From an uncultured Bacilli bacterium (GTDB lineage: Bacteria > Bacillota_I > Bacilli_A > RF39 > UBA660), in assembly GCA_947623855.1 (NCBI GenBank), contig CANQHW010000001.1, forward strand, positions 1-47,169: a stretch of 47,169 nt of DNA, given 5' to 3'. The notes beneath the pieces were generated by a model that had not been told where the DNA came from, did not search any database, and saw only the letters and a program-made list of their open reading frames with translations. How positions within the stretch are numbered: the stretch's first letter is position 1; each line of letters starts with the position of its first letter. Shown piece after piece: positions 37,415-44,988 of this stretch. A program made the translations under genes and the position numbers.

Positions 37415-37464
37415 AGTAAATAGTATGCAGATTTTATTAATTTACTTCTATTTTAATTAATTTT

Positions 37465-38124
37465 TTAGATTTTTCTTCTGGATTTTTTGGCTATTTCAAA
37501 CTTTGGATAAGCTTTATTTAAACGACGATATAAAATACTATTTTTCTCTAACCATTTTGTAACACGTTTTTTTATAACTTCAGTATTATCAGTTTTTTGA
37601 GTATTTATTTCTCCTCTAATACTATTCATAACTTTAAAGGATATAATATTATCAATGATATAAGAAATAAATAAAATTATAGCTAAAATATTTCTTATTA
37701 TCGAAGGGATCATTTTAACTATTCCTAAAACTAAGGGATTTAGTATATAAACAATAAATGTACCTAGTATACCAAAAGGAAGCATTGTTTCTAAACAGAT
37801 TCGTCCGTTGATGTTAAACTTTTTATTAGAATAATCCCACCATCTAGCTTTAAACATTTTTTCCATTATATAGGATGTAAAATATTCTAATAAAGAACAT
37901 ATTAAAATAGATTTTAAAAATACTGATAAGATATCCGTCGTCGCATTACCAATTAAGAATAAAATACCTAAGACGCCGTATCCATATATGGGACATATAG
38001 GTCCTAATAAAAAACCACGGTTTACTATTTTCTTTTTACTTATAAAAATTAAACTTACTTCCATTAACCATCCTAGAAAAGAATAAATTATAAATAGAAG
38101 GAAGAATATTACTACTTTATTCAT
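37465..38124 (-). CDS. Polytopic membrane protein, PF06541-like (putative ABC-transporter type IV family)
   Basis: FIIYSFLGWLMEV…NRGFLLGPICPIYGYGVLG matches my memory of that family. Confidence 0.6.
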   Translation of the reverse strand: MNKVVIFFLLFIIYSFLGWLMEVSLIFISKKKIVNRGFLLGPICPIYGYGVLGILFLIGNATTDILSVFLKSILICSLLEYFTSYIMEKMFKARWWDYSNKKFNINGRICLETMLPFGILGTFIVYILNPLVLGIVKMIPSIIRNILAIILFISYIIDNIISFKVMNSIRGEINTQKTDNTEVIKKRVTKWLEKNSILYRRLNKAYPKFEIAKKSRRKI

Positions 38125-38154
38125 TACTACATCTCCATTTACTAATTATAATAC

Positions 38155-38190
38155 AAAATGTGAAACATTTTTATCTATTTTGTTTCACGT
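38155..38190. repeat. GTGAAACA/TGTTTCAC inverted-repeat unit A
   Basis: AAAATGTGAAACATTTTT (38155-38172) then TTTTGTTTCAC (38178-38188). It overlaps the stop of the Fic/Doc-like gene. Confidence 0.8.
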
Positions 38191-39122
38191 TGAATGTTAA
38201 TATAACATTTTTCTTTTAAAAATTTTTTAGCTTCGCTAATGTTTTTACCTTCATAGTAGGAAATAAGTATTTTTTTGAATTCTTCGGTTAAATCCTCGGG
38301 TATAACAATAATTCCTTTCCCTTTAGATATTAAATAGTGATTAGAAAAAATCACGGCAGTTCTCTTATTTCCATCAATAAATACTTGTTTTTTCATAACA
38401 TATAATAAAAGATCTATAGCTATATCAACTATACTTTTTGAGGAGTTTAAAATTTTATTTAAATCTTCTTTAATAGCACTTTCAATAGGTAATGCTGGTT
38501 TCCATTTTGTTCCTCCAATAGATACAGGAACATCTCTTAATTTTCCGGCGGTATAATATAATCCTTCTTCTACCAATTTATTTATCTCGCACAAAATATT
38601 AAAATCTGTATTAGTTAATAAAACATTCTTGTTTAAGATAAATTCCCATGCATGTTTTAAATTTATCACTTTTAAAACATCTTCGGAAGTCAGATTATTT
38701 ACTTTTCCTCCATTAATTATATTTTCAGTATCAGCAAAGGTTGTGGTAATGCCTTCTAAAATGGCTTGTTTATATATAGTATCTACTAAATGTCTTTTAG
38801 CAAAATCAATATTCTTAATTATTTTAATATTTAGATCTTTATCAATATAATTTAAATTTTGTAATTTTTTATCTATTTCTTTTATTTCCTTTTTTAATTC
38901 TTTTACTTTAATATTATTATATAAAACTAAATTATGTAAATCTTTTGAATATTCCCCTATATATTTAGTAATTAATTTTCCATTATTTCGATAGTGAACG
39001 TATAAATATTTATGAGATTTTTTATCTCTTATTTCTACTGAACCATATACTAAATTTTCTAATTCTTTTTCATATGTTTCTTTTTTATTTAAAAGAGATA
39101 ATATTTTAACTTGATTTTCCAT
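38175..39122 (-). CDS. Fic/Doc-family protein with a variant active-site motif
   Basis: Fic-fold core …EGITTTFADTENII…GKLRDVPVSIGG…QVFIDGNKRTAVIFSNHYL (Doc-type HxFxD[AG]NKR with Q in place of H). The ATG at 39122 (MENQVKIL, GGTGA RBS) is preferred. The track start at 39149 lies inside repeat unit B. Confidence 0.7.
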   Translation of the reverse strand: MENQVKILSLLNKKETYEKELENLVYGSVEIRDKKSHKYLYVHYRNNGKLITKYIGEYSKDLHNLVLYNNIKVKELKKEIKEIDKKLQNLNYIDKDLNIKIIKNIDFAKRHLVDTIYKQAILEGITTTFADTENIINGGKVNNLTSEDVLKVINLKHAWEFILNKNVLLTNTDFNILCEINKLVEEGLYYTAGKLRDVPVSIGGTKWKPALPIESAIKEDLNKILNSSKSIVDIAIDLLLYVMKKQVFIDGNKRTAVIFSNHYLISKGKGIIVIPEDLTEEFKKILISYYEGKNISEAKKFLKEKCYINIQRETK

Positions 39123-39137
39123 GTTTTTCACCTTTTC

Positions 39138-39183
39138 TATGTGAAACATTGCTTGTTTTATAAGAATGATTTTGTTTCACATA
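39138..39183. repeat. GTGAAACA/TGTTTCAC inverted-repeat unit B
   Basis: TATGTGAAACA (39138-39148) / TGTTTCACATA (39173-39183): an 11-bp perfect IR with a 24-nt spacer. Confidence 0.8.
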
Positions 39184-39203
39184 AGTATTATATCATAAAA
39201 AAT

Positions 39204-39254
39204 AAAAATGTGAAACATTTTTTAAAAGTTTTCATCGTTTTGTTTCACATTTTT
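39204..39254. repeat. GTGAAACA/TGTTTCAC inverted-repeat unit C
   Basis: AAAAATGTGAAACA (39204-39217) / TGTTTCACATTTTT (39241-39254): a 14-bp perfect IR with a 23-nt spacer. It covers the phosphorylase stop codon. Read on the minus strand, the stem is followed by a U run. Confidence 0.8.
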
Positions 39255-40006
39255 GTTGTTAGTTCTAATGCTAGAGTTATGATTTTTTCTTTATCGGATA
39301 ATCTAGCAGTATTATCTAAGCTGCGAGGGTCCCATTTTATGCCATCTAGATTATCAGCAGCATAGAAGAAGTAAAATAGTTCTTTATTTCTAAATTTAGC
39401 TACTGCACTCATAGCGGAACACTCCATTTCCACACAAATACATCCTTGTTCTTTTCTTTTTAATACTTTACTTCTAGTTTCTCTATATGGGGCATCTGTT
39501 GTCCAAGTTTTTCCTATGGTATAAGAAATATTGTTTTTCTTTAATATTTCTATAAATTCAGCCATATATTTTTCATTAATACTTACTTCATCACTAGATT
39601 TTAGATAATGGTAACTAGTTCCTTCATCTCTTAGAGCACTAGTAGGAATAATAATTACTAAGTCATCAATAGTACTATCTAACACACCGCAAGTTCCAAA
39701 GACGATTAATTTTTCTAATCCCATTGCTAATACTTCTTCATAAGCTACTGTGCAGGCTGGTGCTCCGACTCGGGACATAAACAAAGCAATATCTCGATCT
39801 TTATAATTAATTTTATAAATTGGAATTTTACCATTAGCAGTAGAGTTGTATGCTATTATTTCTCCTTTAAATAATTTTACATATTTATCAATTAAGTCAT
39901 TGGCGAAGCAAGTAATTCCAATTTTGGGAAAATTAGGAATAACATTTTCTACTTCATAAGGATCAAAAGTAGAAGTTTTACATTCATCAAAATCATTTAA
40001 TAACAT
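39245..40006 (-). CDS. Nucleoside phosphorylase (PNP_UDP_1 family, uridine-phosphorylase-like)
   Basis: …FMSRVGAPACTVAYEEVLAMGLEKLIVFGTCG…RDEGTSYHY…VEMECSAM. ATG 40006 (GGTGA RBS) is preferred over the GTG at 40018. Confidence 0.85.
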   Translation of the reverse strand: MLLNDFDECKTSTFDPYEVENVIPNFPKIGITCFANDLIDKYVKLFKGEIIAYNSTANGKIPIYKINYKDRDIALFMSRVGAPACTVAYEEVLAMGLEKLIVFGTCGVLDSTIDDLVIIIPTSALRDEGTSYHYLKSSDEVSINEKYMAEFIEILKKNNISYTIGKTWTTDAPYRETRSKVLKRKEQGCICVEMECSAMSAVAKFRNKELFYFFYAADNLDGIKWDPRSLDNTARLSDKEKIITLALELTTKM

Positions 40007-40049
40007 TTCTATCACCACTTATTTAGATTATATTAAATAATAGGCATGC

Positions 40050-40076
40050 AAAAAAGTCCAATTATTGGACTTTTTT
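40050..40076. terminator. Bidirectional-looking terminator hairpin
   Basis: AAAAAAGTCCAAT-t-ATTGGACTTTTTT, a perfect palindrome with A and T runs on both sides. Confidence 0.7.
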
Positions 40077-40106
40077 GGGAACTTTGAATTTTATTATTTA
40101 ATCAAT

Positions 40107-40208
40107 AAAAAACGCCTAAGGGGCAGCGTACTTAACATACGCTTAGCATTTAGCTACCTACCTCAGGTCTTGTAAGAATATCCTAACATAAAATTTCTTT
40201 TATGTCAA
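40107..40208 (-). other. Long GC-rich hairpin plus U6 preceded by a consensus-like promoter: DUF3800 terminator or a separately transcribed ~70-nt RNA
   Basis: Minus strand: TTGACA (40208-40203, overlapping the DUF3800 stop), 17 nt, TGtTAGGAT (-10 at 40185-40180). The RNA reads …CCUGAGG-UA-GGUAGC…GCUGCC-CCUUAGG-CG-UUUUUU. An alternative fold is a 3-way junction with hairpins UAGC/GCUA and AGCGUA/UACGCU. Confidence 0.45.
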
Positions 40209-40912
40209 ATATTCTTATTAATATTATATTCAATTTTTTGAATTCTACCCTTAATCTTATGACCAGGAAATAAACTTATTCTGAAGTTTTTACTTTTTAA
40301 ATATGGTATAACTTTTTTTACTATTTTTTTATCCTTATAATAATTATAGAATGTATTAACTATTAAATCAGCTAATTGGACACCAAAATTTGTTGCAGAA
40401 TCATAATATATTATTTTAAAATTAAAATTTTCTAAGCAAAATTCGGTTTTTAAATATGTTTCTAAATTATTTAAATCTCCTACTCTTATATTTCTATTAT
40501 CAATACTAATAATAAAATCTATATCATTGTTTATTTGGTTTAAATTTAATAAGGGTATAATACAATCTTTAAATAGAATTTTTACGGCATAATTAAAAAA
40601 TATATTTGATTCTATTATTTCTTTTCGCATAGAGGATTTTTCAAAAATTTTTACACAGCCATAAAAAGTATCAATATCTTGTATTTTATTAAAAATGTTT
40701 ATTTTTTCTTCATTTATCATATTATATGATTTTATTTCTTTATTTAAAGGAATATTTCTACTATCTTTAATACTTTTATTAATTCTTTTATAAAAGGAGG
40801 TTACTTTATTTTTATCTTTTAAAAAGACAAAATATCCACCGACCGCAAAATATTTTGTATTGCTATTTTTATGAATCGAACCACTTTCATCTAAATATAC
40901 ATATATTTTCAT
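40205..40912 (-). CDS. DUF3800-domain protein
   Basis: 235 aa. N-terminal MKIYVYLDESGS (DESG motif) and C-terminal …GVQLADLIVN are characteristic of DUF3800. It lies downstream of the rpsI terminator. Confidence 0.7.
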   Translation of the reverse strand: MKIYVYLDESGSIHKNSNTKYFAVGGYFVFLKDKNKVTSFYKRINKSIKDSRNIPLNKEIKSYNMINEEKINIFNKIQDIDTFYGCVKIFEKSSMRKEIIESNIFFNYAVKILFKDCIIPLLNLNQINNDIDFIISIDNRNIRVGDLNNLETYLKTEFCLENFNFKIIYYDSATNFGVQLADLIVNTFYNYYKDKKIVKKVIPYLKSKNFRISLFPGHKIKGRIQKIEYNINKNI

Positions 40913-40990
40913 AACATTCCTCCTTTAAAGATATAGTACTAAATTTTTGATGTAAAGTTCATAATAAGTAAATTTATTTTGTGATTTAGC

Positions 40991-41026
40991 AAAACAAAAA
41001 CCCTATAATACTTAAGATTATAGGGT
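40991..41026 (-). terminator. rplM-rpsI operon terminator
   Basis: Minus strand: ACCCTATAAT-cttaagt-ATTATAGGGT followed by TTTTTGTTTT. Confidence 0.8.
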
Positions 41027-41046
41027 ATAAAAGAAAACTTTGAATA

Positions 41047-41460
41047 TTAACGTTTACTAAATTGAGGAGCTCTACGAGCTTTTTTAAGACCATATTTCTT
41101 ACGTTCTTTAACTCTTGGATCTCTTGTAACAAAACCTTCAACTTTTAAGATTTTACGATAAGAACCTTCTCCTGTTTTATTACCATCAAAAGCCATTAGT
41201 GCTCTAGCAATACCTAATCTAATTGCACCTGTTTGGCCAGAGAAGCCGCCACCTTTAACGGTAACATCGATATCGAATTTATCTTCATTACCAGTTGCTA
41301 CTAAAGGTTGTTTTAAGTCCATTACCAAAGTTTGATAAGGCATATATTCATTAACATCAACACCGTTAACAGTAATTTTACCGCTACCTAGGGTCATTCT
41401 TACTTGGGCAGAACTTCTTTTTCTTCTACCGCTAGCACTCCATACTTGTTTTGTTGTCAT
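41047..41460 (-). CDS. rpsI: 30S ribosomal protein S9
   Basis: 137 aa; …[19 protein letters not shown]…[17 protein letters not shown]. Confidence 0.97.
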   Translation of the reverse strand: MTTKQVWSASGRRKRSSAQVRMTLGSGKITVNGVDVNEYMPYQTLVMDLKQPLVATGNEDKFDIDVTVKGGGFSGQTGAIRLGIARALMAFDGNKTGEGSYRKILKVEGFVTRDPRVKERKKYGLKKARRAPQFSKR

Positions 41461-41474
41461 ATTCCTATACCTCC

Positions 41475-41906
41475 TTATTTAACTTCCATAACTTCTGGTT
41501 TTTGAGCACTATGGTTATGGTTCTCATCGGCATATACAAATAACTTTTTAGCCATTTGGTTTCCTAATTTATTATGAGGAAGCATACCTTTAATTGCTCT
41601 TTCAACCATTTCACAAGGATAAGCACTAATCATGGTCTTAGCATTTCTTTCTCTAAGTCCTCCGGGATATCCACTGTGATTATAATACATCTTATCTTCT
41701 AACTTATTACCAGTTAGTTTAACTTTAGAGGCATTAATGACAATTACATAATCTCCACAATCGACATAAGGAGTATAAGTAACTTTGTGTTTTCCTCTTA
41801 ATACAGTTGCTACTTGAGTAGCTAAACGTCCTAAGGTTTTATCTGTTGCATCAACAACATACCATTTACGTTCAACGTTTTCTTTTTTTTGCATAAATGT
41901 TTTCAT
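41475..41906 (-). CDS. rplM: 50S ribosomal protein L13
   Basis: [29 protein letters not shown]… ATG 41906 (AAGGGA RBS) is preferred over the track start at 41921. Confidence 0.96.
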   Translation of the reverse strand: MKTFMQKKENVERKWYVVDATDKTLGRLATQVATVLRGKHKVTYTPYVDCGDYVIVINASKVKLTGNKLEDKMYYNHSGYPGGLRERNAKTMISAYPCEMVERAIKGMLPHNKLGNQMAKKLFVYADENHNHSAQKPEVMEVK

Positions 41907-42014
41907 ATAATTCCCTTTCATTTTTCTTACTCACTTAACCTTCCCACAGTTAAGCCCCTAGAAAAAATAAAATGTACCATTTAAAATTATATGAGAAAGA
42001 TAGGTAAAAGTCAA
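41907..42014 (-). promoter_or_regulatory. rplM promoter and structured 5' leader (possible L13 leader)
   Basis: Minus strand: TTGACT (42014-42009), 17 nt, TATAAT (41991-41986). Leader hairpin CTTAAC-tgtgggaag-GTTAAG (41954-41934). Assignment to the L13 leader family is unverified. Confidence 0.45.
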
Positions 42015-42041
42015 CAAAAAATAGCGAATTTTAGTACTATT

Positions 42042-43415
42042 TTATTTATTAATACTTCTTTTTACTGAAATATCATATCTACTTGGACCACTAATTACTT
42101 TACCATCGAGATTAAATCTAGAAGCATGACAGGGACAATCCCAGGTTTTTTCTACTTCATTATAGATTAAATTACATCCTAAATGAGGACATTTTCTTTT
42201 AACAATATGTTTAGTACCATTTAAAGTTACGGAAGCACTATTTTTTTTATATGCGACTTGAGGATTTTTATATAGCATACTACCAAGATAAGCATATGAG
42301 TTGGTAAAAATATTTTTTCCCCATTTAATAATACGATAAATACCCATATTTCTTTTAGGGGCGAAGAGCTTACTATAAATATTTTCTTTTCCTAGTATTT
42401 CATCACTAACAATTTTTGATGCAATACTGCTTCCGGCCATACCCCAGGTATTATAACCAGTTAAAATATACATATTTTCCTTTATCTTTCCAGCATAAGG
42501 GATACCATCTATGGTCATAATATCGGTGTTACTCCATAGGTAAGTAGAATTGGATGGTAAAGCTTTAAATTTTTTAGAGGGATTAAAGTTTAATCCTAAA
42601 TTGTGGGATTTTTCTAGTTTAAGTAAGTAGTTTTGGTAATAACGATAAGACATGGTGGGTTTGGTATAGGTTATACCATTAGTTGCTTTAGGTTGGGTTG
42701 TTTTTATAGCACTTATATAAGATTTTTCGATATCTACATTAAGAGGAAAAACCATGGGAAAGATAAAGTAGGGATAAAATCCTGCAAAGACGACGGTTTG
42801 GCATTTAATGGTTCCATTTAAGGTTTTAACTAAATAGGTATGGTTTTTCTTTGTAATATCATATACTAAAGTATTTTCATAAATGGGATTATTTAGGGTA
42901 TGTAATAAGCCATCAAGATATTTTAGCGGGTGAAATACATAGCTATCTTTACATACTAAGGTATTTTTATCTTTAAGATAAATGTTGGGGTTATGATAAA
43001 TATTTTTTAATTCTTTTAAATATTTTTGATCTTTATTATTGGCGGTTAGGTAAGCGGTATTTTTTTCTAAATCACAAGCAATCATTTCCTGGGAAATTAT
43101 TTTCCGGGAAATATCAACACCTTCTTGGTAAGCTTTGGCTAATTTTTGGGCAGCAGAAAAGCCTTTTCTTTTTTTGACTTTTATTAAGATGTTATCTAAA
43201 AAATAGGTTAGTTTTCCGGTAGTTCTACAGGTTATACCGCTTCCTAAAGTATTTTTTTCGACTAAGACGATGTTTAAGTTACTATTTTTTAAATGATAAA
43301 GAAGATTTAAACCACTAATTCCTCCTCCAATTATTAAGATATCACAGGTTATATCTTGGGTTAATTTTGGATAAGAGGGTAGTTTATAATCGCTCCAAAT
43401 AGAGGTATTTTTCAT
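42042..43415 (-). CDS. FAD-dependent oxidoreductase fused to a C-terminal Rieske [2Fe-2S] domain (YhfW-like)
   Basis: DILIIGGGISGLN dinucleotide fold. Rieske motif CPHLGCNL…CPCHASRF. Start moved to ATG 43415 (MKNTSIW, GAGGTGA RBS), because the track start at 43481 would overlap truA. Confidence 0.85.
   Translation of the reverse strand: MKNTSIWSDYKLPSYPKLTQDITCDILIIGGGISGLNLLYHLKNSNLNIVLVEKNTLGSGITCRTTGKLTYFLDNILIKVKKRKGFSAAQKLAKAYQEGVDISRKIISQEMIACDLEKNTAYLTANNKDQKYLKELKNIYHNPNIYLKDKNTLVCKDSYVFHPLKYLDGLLHTLNNPIYENTLVYDITKKNHTYLVKTLNGTIKCQTVVFAGFYPYFIFPMVFPLNVDIEKSYISAIKTTQPKATNGITYTKPTMSYRYYQNYLLKLEKSHNLGLNFNPSKKFKALPSNSTYLWSNTDIMTIDGIPYAGKIKENMYILTGYNTWGMAGSSIASKIVSDEILGKENIYSKLFAPKRNMGIYRIIKWGKNIFTNSYAYLGSMLYKNPQVAYKKNSASVTLNGTKHIVKRKCPHLGCNLIYNEVEKTWDCPCHASRFNLDGKVISGPSRYDISVKRSINK
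43084..43112. other. Tandem NBS-like palindromes (1 mismatch each)
   Basis: ATTTCCTGGGAAAT (43084-43097) and ATTTTCCGGGAAAT (43099-43112), back to back inside the FAD-Rieske gene. Confidence 0.45.
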
Positions 43416-43441
43416 TAATATCACCTCTATTAGTATGAACA

Positions 43442-44167
43442 TTAATTTTGGTAATAAACCTCCATTAGATATAAACCACAAGCGGGAGCGGTGGGAACAT
43501 TTTGGGTGATATTTTTATTTAGTAAGTCTTCTAAGATATTTTCTTCCCATTTTTTCTTGCCAATCATTAATAGGGTACCAACAAGGTTACGAACCATATA
43601 ACGGTAAAAGCCTTTACCATAAAAGTCAAAGATAATTTTATCTTCTTTTTGGGTTATTTCGATTTTAAAGATATTACCTTCATAGTTATCTCTATAACCG
43701 GCGGTAAAGTTATGAAAGTTATGTTTTCCGATTAATTTTTTACTAGCTTTTTGCATTAATTTAAGATCTAGGGGATCTTTTATTTGGTAGGTATATTTAG
43801 CATAGAAAGGGTCGAAGGGCGAAGTTTTAACGATATAACGATACCATTTACCTGTAGCTTTTAAACGAGCGTGAAATTTATGATCGACTTCTTTTATATT
43901 AAGTACTTGAATATCATTAGGAAGCATTTTATTTAGGACATATTTTAGTTTATTTGGGAGTATAGGAATGGTTAAGTCAAAGTGAATAGTTTGACCTTTA
44001 GCGTGGACACCGGCATCGGTTCTGCCAGCACCTTTTATTACAACTTCTTTTTGTTCTAAAATACTTAAAACAGTTTCTAATTCTTGTTGAACACTACGTT
44101 TTTGTTTAAGTCTTTGGAAGCCATAGAAGTTACTTCCATCATAGGTTATGGTAGCTAGAAATCTCAT
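43442..44167 (-). CDS. truA: tRNA pseudouridine(38-40) synthase
   Basis: 241 aa; YDGSNFYGFQ and GAGRTDAGVHA (catalytic Asp). Confidence 0.95.
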   Translation of the reverse strand: MRFLATITYDGSNFYGFQRLKQKRSVQQELETVLSILEQKEVVIKGAGRTDAGVHAKGQTIHFDLTIPILPNKLKYVLNKMLPNDIQVLNIKEVDHKFHARLKATGKWYRYIVKTSPFDPFYAKYTYQIKDPLDLKLMQKASKKLIGKHNFHNFTAGYRDNYEGNIFKIEITQKEDKIIFDFYGKGFYRYMVRNLVGTLLMIGKKKWEENILEDLLNKNITQNVPTAPACGLYLMEVYYQN

Positions 44168-44988
44168 ACGACATCACGATATATGGCCTTTAATAATTCT
44201 TTATTATCGGTATAAGGTAATATATCCCTTCCTAAACTTCTTATGTAGGTTATAAATTCTACGATATTGGGCATTTCTAAATATTTATATAGTTTTTCAT
44301 CATATACCCAGTTGGAGTTTTCATAAACTAATTTTCCATTATGGATAACGATTATTTTATCAACAAAGTTGATGGCATATTCAAGGTCATTACTAATAAC
44401 AATTATTTGTTTATGGTATTTTTTATGAAGATTAGTAAAGAGTTTTTTGAAGTCTTTCTTTTCTTTATCATTAAAACCTTTTTCAAAGTTATCTAAGATA
44501 ATTACTTTGGGATTATATACTAATATAGCTGCTAAATTAACTTTTTTTCTTTCAATATAAGATAATTCATCTACTAAACGAAATAGATAATCGTTATTAA
44601 GTCCAACGATTAGTAAAGCTTCTTTGATTCTATCATCTCTAAGTTCTTCTTTTCCTTTAAATTTATCATAGTAATATTTTAGTTCATCATAAACGTATTT
44701 CATTTTGATATTTTTATTCATGGTATGACCAACGAATCCAATATCTTTTCGAATAGCACATTTATCGATAGCGTTATTACTTTTAATAGTAGTATCTCCT
44801 ATAATAATACTTCCTTTACTTACTCTTTTACTTCCTACGAGAAGTTTTCCAATGATGGAGTCGATGTTACCACATACCATAGTAATATCTTTTTCATTAA
44901 AGGTATAATTTATATTATCTAGTAAGATTCTTTCAGTACTTAATCCTTTATTTTGTAAGTAACTTACATTATCAAATTTTATTTCCAT
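44164..44988 (-). CDS. EcfA2-like ABC ATPase homologue with all nucleotide-binding motifs degenerate
   Basis: 274 aa, collinear with EcfA2. It shows GNIDSIIGKL instead of GxxGxGKST, LSYIE instead of LSGGQ, VIILDN instead of LDE, and ISNDL instead of the H-loop THx. ATGA overlap with truA. Confidence 0.75.
   Translation of the reverse strand: MEIKFDNVSYLQNKGLSTERILLDNINYTFNEKDITMVCGNIDSIIGKLLVGSKRVSKGSIIIGDTTIKSNNAIDKCAIRKDIGFVGHTMNKNIKMKYVYDELKYYYDKFKGKEELRDDRIKEALLIVGLNNDYLFRLVDELSYIERKKVNLAAILVYNPKVIILDNFEKGFNDKEKKDFKKLFTNLHKKYHKQIIVISNDLEYAINFVDKIIVIHNGKLVYENSNWVYDEKLYKYLEMPNIVEFITYIRSLGRDILPYTDNKELLKAIYRDVV

Noticed and set aside
38160-39248. GTGAAACA / TGTTTCAC octamers around the Fic gene considered as parS sites, since they equal the two halves of canonical TGTTTCACGTGAAACA.
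   Set aside because: The halves are in the wrong order and are separated by 13-24 nt rather than abutting. The bona fide parS copies in this window use the GTGGAACA variant. TGTTTCACGT at 38181-38190 matches only the left half.
40019-40204. The ~185-nt region upstream of the nucleoside phosphorylase considered as a purine/nucleoside or PyrR-type riboswitch leader (three-way junction plus terminator).
   Set aside because: I could not match the conserved cores of the purine, 2'-dG, preQ1, guanidine or PyrR-binding motifs by eye. The structure is equally explained as the DUF3800 terminator. The element itself is kept as a finding, without a riboswitch claim.
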